Source: an uncultured Gammaproteobacteria bacterium (GTDB lineage: Bacteria; Pseudomonadota; Gammaproteobacteria; CAWCPV01). From it: a DNA stretch of 64,000 nucleotides. The DNA is taken from assembly GCA_963797555.1 (NCBI GenBank), contig CAWCPV010000010.1:83877-147876 (forward strand), written 5' to 3'. A program made the translations under genes and the position numbers. The notes beneath the pieces were generated by a model that ran no database searches, had not been told where the DNA came from, and worked only from the letters and a program-made list of their open reading frames with translations. Below, piece after piece: positions 61,071-64,000 of the stretch; the stretch's first letter is position 1; every line of letters begins with the position of its first letter.

Positions 61071-61722
61071 CTTTTCTGAGGGAGATGAGGTGGACCCTGC
61101 TGTAGACACCAACCGCGAGAACCTCACCGAGCGCTCGGTGTTCCCACAGGAGCGCGCCGGGGTCGCGCGCCCACCTGCTCAAGTAGAGCGTGTGCACGCG
61201 GGCAAGGCCCTCGCCCAGATCGAGGCCGAGCGCGTCGGCCCGAGCCCTTCGTCAAGCTCTCGCGGTCCACCGGTCACTGGCGGCCCGAATCGGGGCCACT
61301 CTCAGGCATGCGCTGCGCAACGCGCTCGCGGAAGGTCGCAACACGCCGCTGCGCCTGCTCCACCGCATGCCCACGACCTTCACCACGTCAACGCCTTCCC
61401 CGGCCCCGCCATGCCAACTAAAGCTCTCGGACCTGCGCCCGCCTCTGCCTGGACGGACCCAACCCACGGATGCGTCATCAGAGCCTACCTTTGCGTCCAC
61501 CGAAAAAATCGCCTCAACCACATCGCGACTAGATGGTTCTCGGTGGCCTGACCCCGCCTCAGCCCCTCATCCTCACCAAATCCCCGCCCCAGCACTCAAC
61601 ACCTGCACTCATCGACGGACTCTGACGGGACCATGATTTCCTGCCTCCCGCCCCTTGACATCTTGTCGGCGGACGACTAACAAGTACAGTCTTGTACTGT
61701 CCATTCTTCTCGGGATTCATCC

Positions 61723-61999
61723 AATGACGGCGAAAAAGCGGGGCATCAAGCTCAAGCAGGTACAATCGGACGATCCGGGATTCTCGGGGCTTCTTGGAGA
61801 TGCCACCCAGGCACCAGCCGTCAACCATGCGCCAGCCCCGGTCGCGCAGAGTCCCTCGGACCTGGCCTCATGGTACGAGCTCGGCCGCCGGCTACGGCAG
61901 GAGCTGGAGGAGACGCTGGAGATCCTGAAACAGGCGGTTACGGACCGGCCGTCGAGCATCCCGCTCCCAGGTCCTGACAGCGGTGATCAAGAGCCCTAA
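61723..61999 (+). CDS. Hypothetical protein
   Basis: ATG-started 91-codon ORF with plausible codon usage and a helical segment (WYELGRRLRQELEETLEILKQ); TTGACA at 61655 and a palindrome upstream. Confidence 0.35.
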
Positions 62000-62405
62000 T
62001 CCCAGTACGACTGACAAGCGCCGGCCGGAGACACGGGTGACCCTCTTGCGGGGCCTCAGCCTTGCCCGCGCGGGCCGTCAGCCATCCGGCGCACACTTGA
62101 TCCGCGCCGTTCCACCTGGGCCTGCTTCAGCCGCTTGCTCCAGGCATGGGCAGCCCACGCTGCGGAGCAGTTGAACCCGACCTCCGTCTGGCACCTCGTC
62201 TGCGACCACCTCAAGCGGCTCCTCGCCGGCGTTAAACCGCCTCCACATCGTCGGGCTATCGAAGATCATGCGTGCGCCATCGGCTAACTGCGGTTTTTAG
62301 GTTCATTGTTCTATCCTCCGAAGTTAAGATTTGAGCAGACTGTCTTCCTGCAAACCGTCGTTTCCTCGTTTTCGGTATCATACTCCATAAGCCTTGAGCC
62401 ACAAC

Positions 62406-62503
62406 GCCTAACCCCAAACTCAGCCGCTAAGTGCCGCGTGCACTGAGCCAGAATTCACGAAAACGCGTACGCGGTACTTGGTCGGCTGGAGTACGTGTTA
62501 TGT
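62406..62503 (-). mobile_element. attC: Integron attC recombination site
   Basis: Minus strand: R'' ACATAAC, 5-nt spacer, L'' CTCCAGCC (extra base), palindromic AAGTACCGCGT...ACGCGGCACTT core, L' GGCTGAG, 6-nt spacer, R' GTTAGGC; begins 3 nt after the stop codon of a low-GC gene. Confidence 0.88.
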
Positions 62504-62506
62504 TCG

Positions 62507-63070
62507 CTATTCTGCATGGATGAACTTGACATTTGGAAACTGGGCCTTTGCGAATGAATGAAGCTCTTCCAGCATTAGTTTTGATGACTGAACCGTCGCG
62601 TCCACATGCTCGTACACGTGGTTTGTTCCAAGCACAAGCCCCTCCAGCTTATACTTACCAATCACTGCCTCCGCTTCGGGCCAGGTAATACGTTCACTGC
62701 CAATGTTCGATTGTTCGAGAAGCGGCTGAATTGTATGAACCTGGTATTCGGACCTTACTTTGATGGCGCTTAGCGTTTGTTGAAACCTTTCTTTTTCAAT
62801 AAGCAAGTGATGCAGGACATTCGGATTATCCGTCGTCAATATGAACGACAATGCTTCGGTATCGAACTTGACATCATCATACGCGTTTGTTTCCCAAGGA
62901 GGTAGTTTGAAAAATCTTGAATCATCGTCCCGCAGGGCATCTAGATCCTTCTTGAATGACGCCAGAGCGTTCATTTGGCGCAAGAGCGTAAATAAACCTG
63001 TATTTAAGGAACTTATCTGCTGTTTTTTCTCTTTGATTTGCTCCCTGCGGCGTTGAAGATAATACGCAGT
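62507..63070 (-). pseudogene. Integron cassette gene of unknown function, 5'-truncated by IS630
   Basis: Markedly lower GC; reads TAYYLQRRREQIKEKKQQ...IHAE*; stop adjacent to attC; the start of the track ORF lies inside the IS. Confidence 0.75.
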
Positions 63071-64000
63071 TACTAAGTCCATTTTAAGTAAAGCCATATG
63101 TTGGTACAATGGGGGCATGAAATGCAAGCGCGAATCGGACGGGCGCAAGCTCGATCATAGGAGCCTGCAGGTGCTGCGCCAGCAAGCCGTGAAAGCGGTG
63201 CGTCACGGACAGACGGTACAGAGCGTAGCGCAGGCCTTCGGGTTGAACATTCGCACCGTGTTTCGCTGGCTCTCGGCATTTGCCTCGGGGGGACAGAACG
63301 CGCTGTTGGCCAAGCCGATCCCGGGCCGCCCGCCGCTGCTTGGCGCCGAGGAGATGCGCTGGCTGGCGGGGGCGGTGCGCGAGCACACGCCGCAGCAGTT
63401 CCGATTCGAGTTTGCGCTGTGGACCCTGCCGCTCATCGGCAGGTTGATCGAGCGGCGGTTCAACAAGCGCCTTTCGGACTCCGCCGTCAGGCGGGTGATG
63501 CGGGTGCTGGGATTCACTGCCCAGAAGCCGCTCTACCGTGCCTGGCAGCGCGATCCGGTGCTGGTCGAGCGCTGGCAGAAAGAGCAATTTCCCGCCATCC
63601 AGGCCGAGGCCAAGCGCGTGGGGGCGACCATCTACTTTGGGGATGAGTCGGGGATGCGCTCCGACTACCACGCCGGCACCACTTGGGCGCCGATGGGCAA
63701 GACCCCGGTGGTCGCGGTGACCGGGGCGCGGTTCTCGCTCGCCATGCTCTCGGCGGTGAGCGCCCGCGGGGGCTTGCGCTTCATGGTGCACGAGGGGACG
63801 GTGACCGCCGCGGTGTTCAAGGAATTCCTCAAGCGCCTGCTGGTGGGCGCCACCCGGCCGGTCTTCCTCATCGTCGATGGCCATCCCATCCACAAGGCAC
63901 GATTGATCCAGGACTTCATCGGCGAACAGAACGGGCGCCTTAAGCTGTTCTTCCTCCCCCCGTACTCGCCCCAACTCAATCCCGACGAACAGGTTTGGGG
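63071..64000 (+). mobile_element. IS630 family insertion sequence (left part; runs off the window)
   Basis: Probable TA target at 63071-63072 followed by the AT-rich end CTAAGTCCATTTTAAGTAAAG; transposase ORF follows. Confidence 0.88.
63117..64000 (+). CDS. IS630 family DDE transposase (partial)
   Basis: MKCKRESDGRKLDH..HTH..KPIPGRPP; IYFGDES, FLIVDGHPIHK, LFFLPPYSPQLNPDEQVW; frame open to the window end, so absent from the ORF track. Confidence 0.93.
   Translation, partial: MKCKRESDGRKLDHRSLQVLRQQAVKAVRHGQTVQSVAQAFGLNIRTVFRWLSAFASGGQNALLAKPIPGRPPLLGAEEMRWLAGAVREHTPQQFRFEFALWTLPLIGRLIERRFNKRLSDSAVRRVMRVLGFTAQKPLYRAWQRDPVLVERWQKEQFPAIQAEAKRVGATIYFGDESGMRSDYHAGTTWAPMGKTPVVAVTGARFSLAMLSAVSARGGLRFMVHEGTVTAAVFKEFLKRLLVGATRPVFLIVDGHPIHKARLIQDFIGEQNGRLKLFFLPPYSPQLNPDEQVW

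Noticed and set aside
1-64000. tRNA or rRNA genes
   Set aside because: No cloverleaf or rRNA signature noticed in the intergenic regions by eye; not excluded without a scan.

Overview
A high-GC (roughly 65-70% by eye) gammaproteobacterial chromosomal segment, mostly housekeeping genes: glyQS, gmhB, plsC, uvrD, def, mrcB plus an LpoP-like lipoprotein, nadA, dnaE-accA-tilS, relA, folE2/queD, ispA/xseB, metF, priA, a partial Xps-type T2SS operon (gspEFGHI), thyA-lgt-rlmI. Highlights: (1) a ~915-aa nine-heme exported cytochrome c with a perfect CRP-type box at -41.5 of a predicted promoter, next to a Crp/Fnr gene; (2) a DARS-like trio of DnaA boxes plus an IHF consensus site downstream of relA; (3) a canonical attC site with a low-GC cassette gene cut by an IS630 element at the right edge, probably the distal end of an integron array or a CALIN; (4) two c-di-GMP enzymes, one an ODP-like di-iron/GGDEF fusion, and an MshEN-type GspE; (5) an accessory block with an ACP-FAAL-acyltransferase, a KAP NTPase, an RHH-like protein and a thermonuclease. 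Four single-base frameshifts, one in the essential accA, point to assembly indel errors rather than real pseudogenes. All calls come from motif reading by eye; no searches were run.
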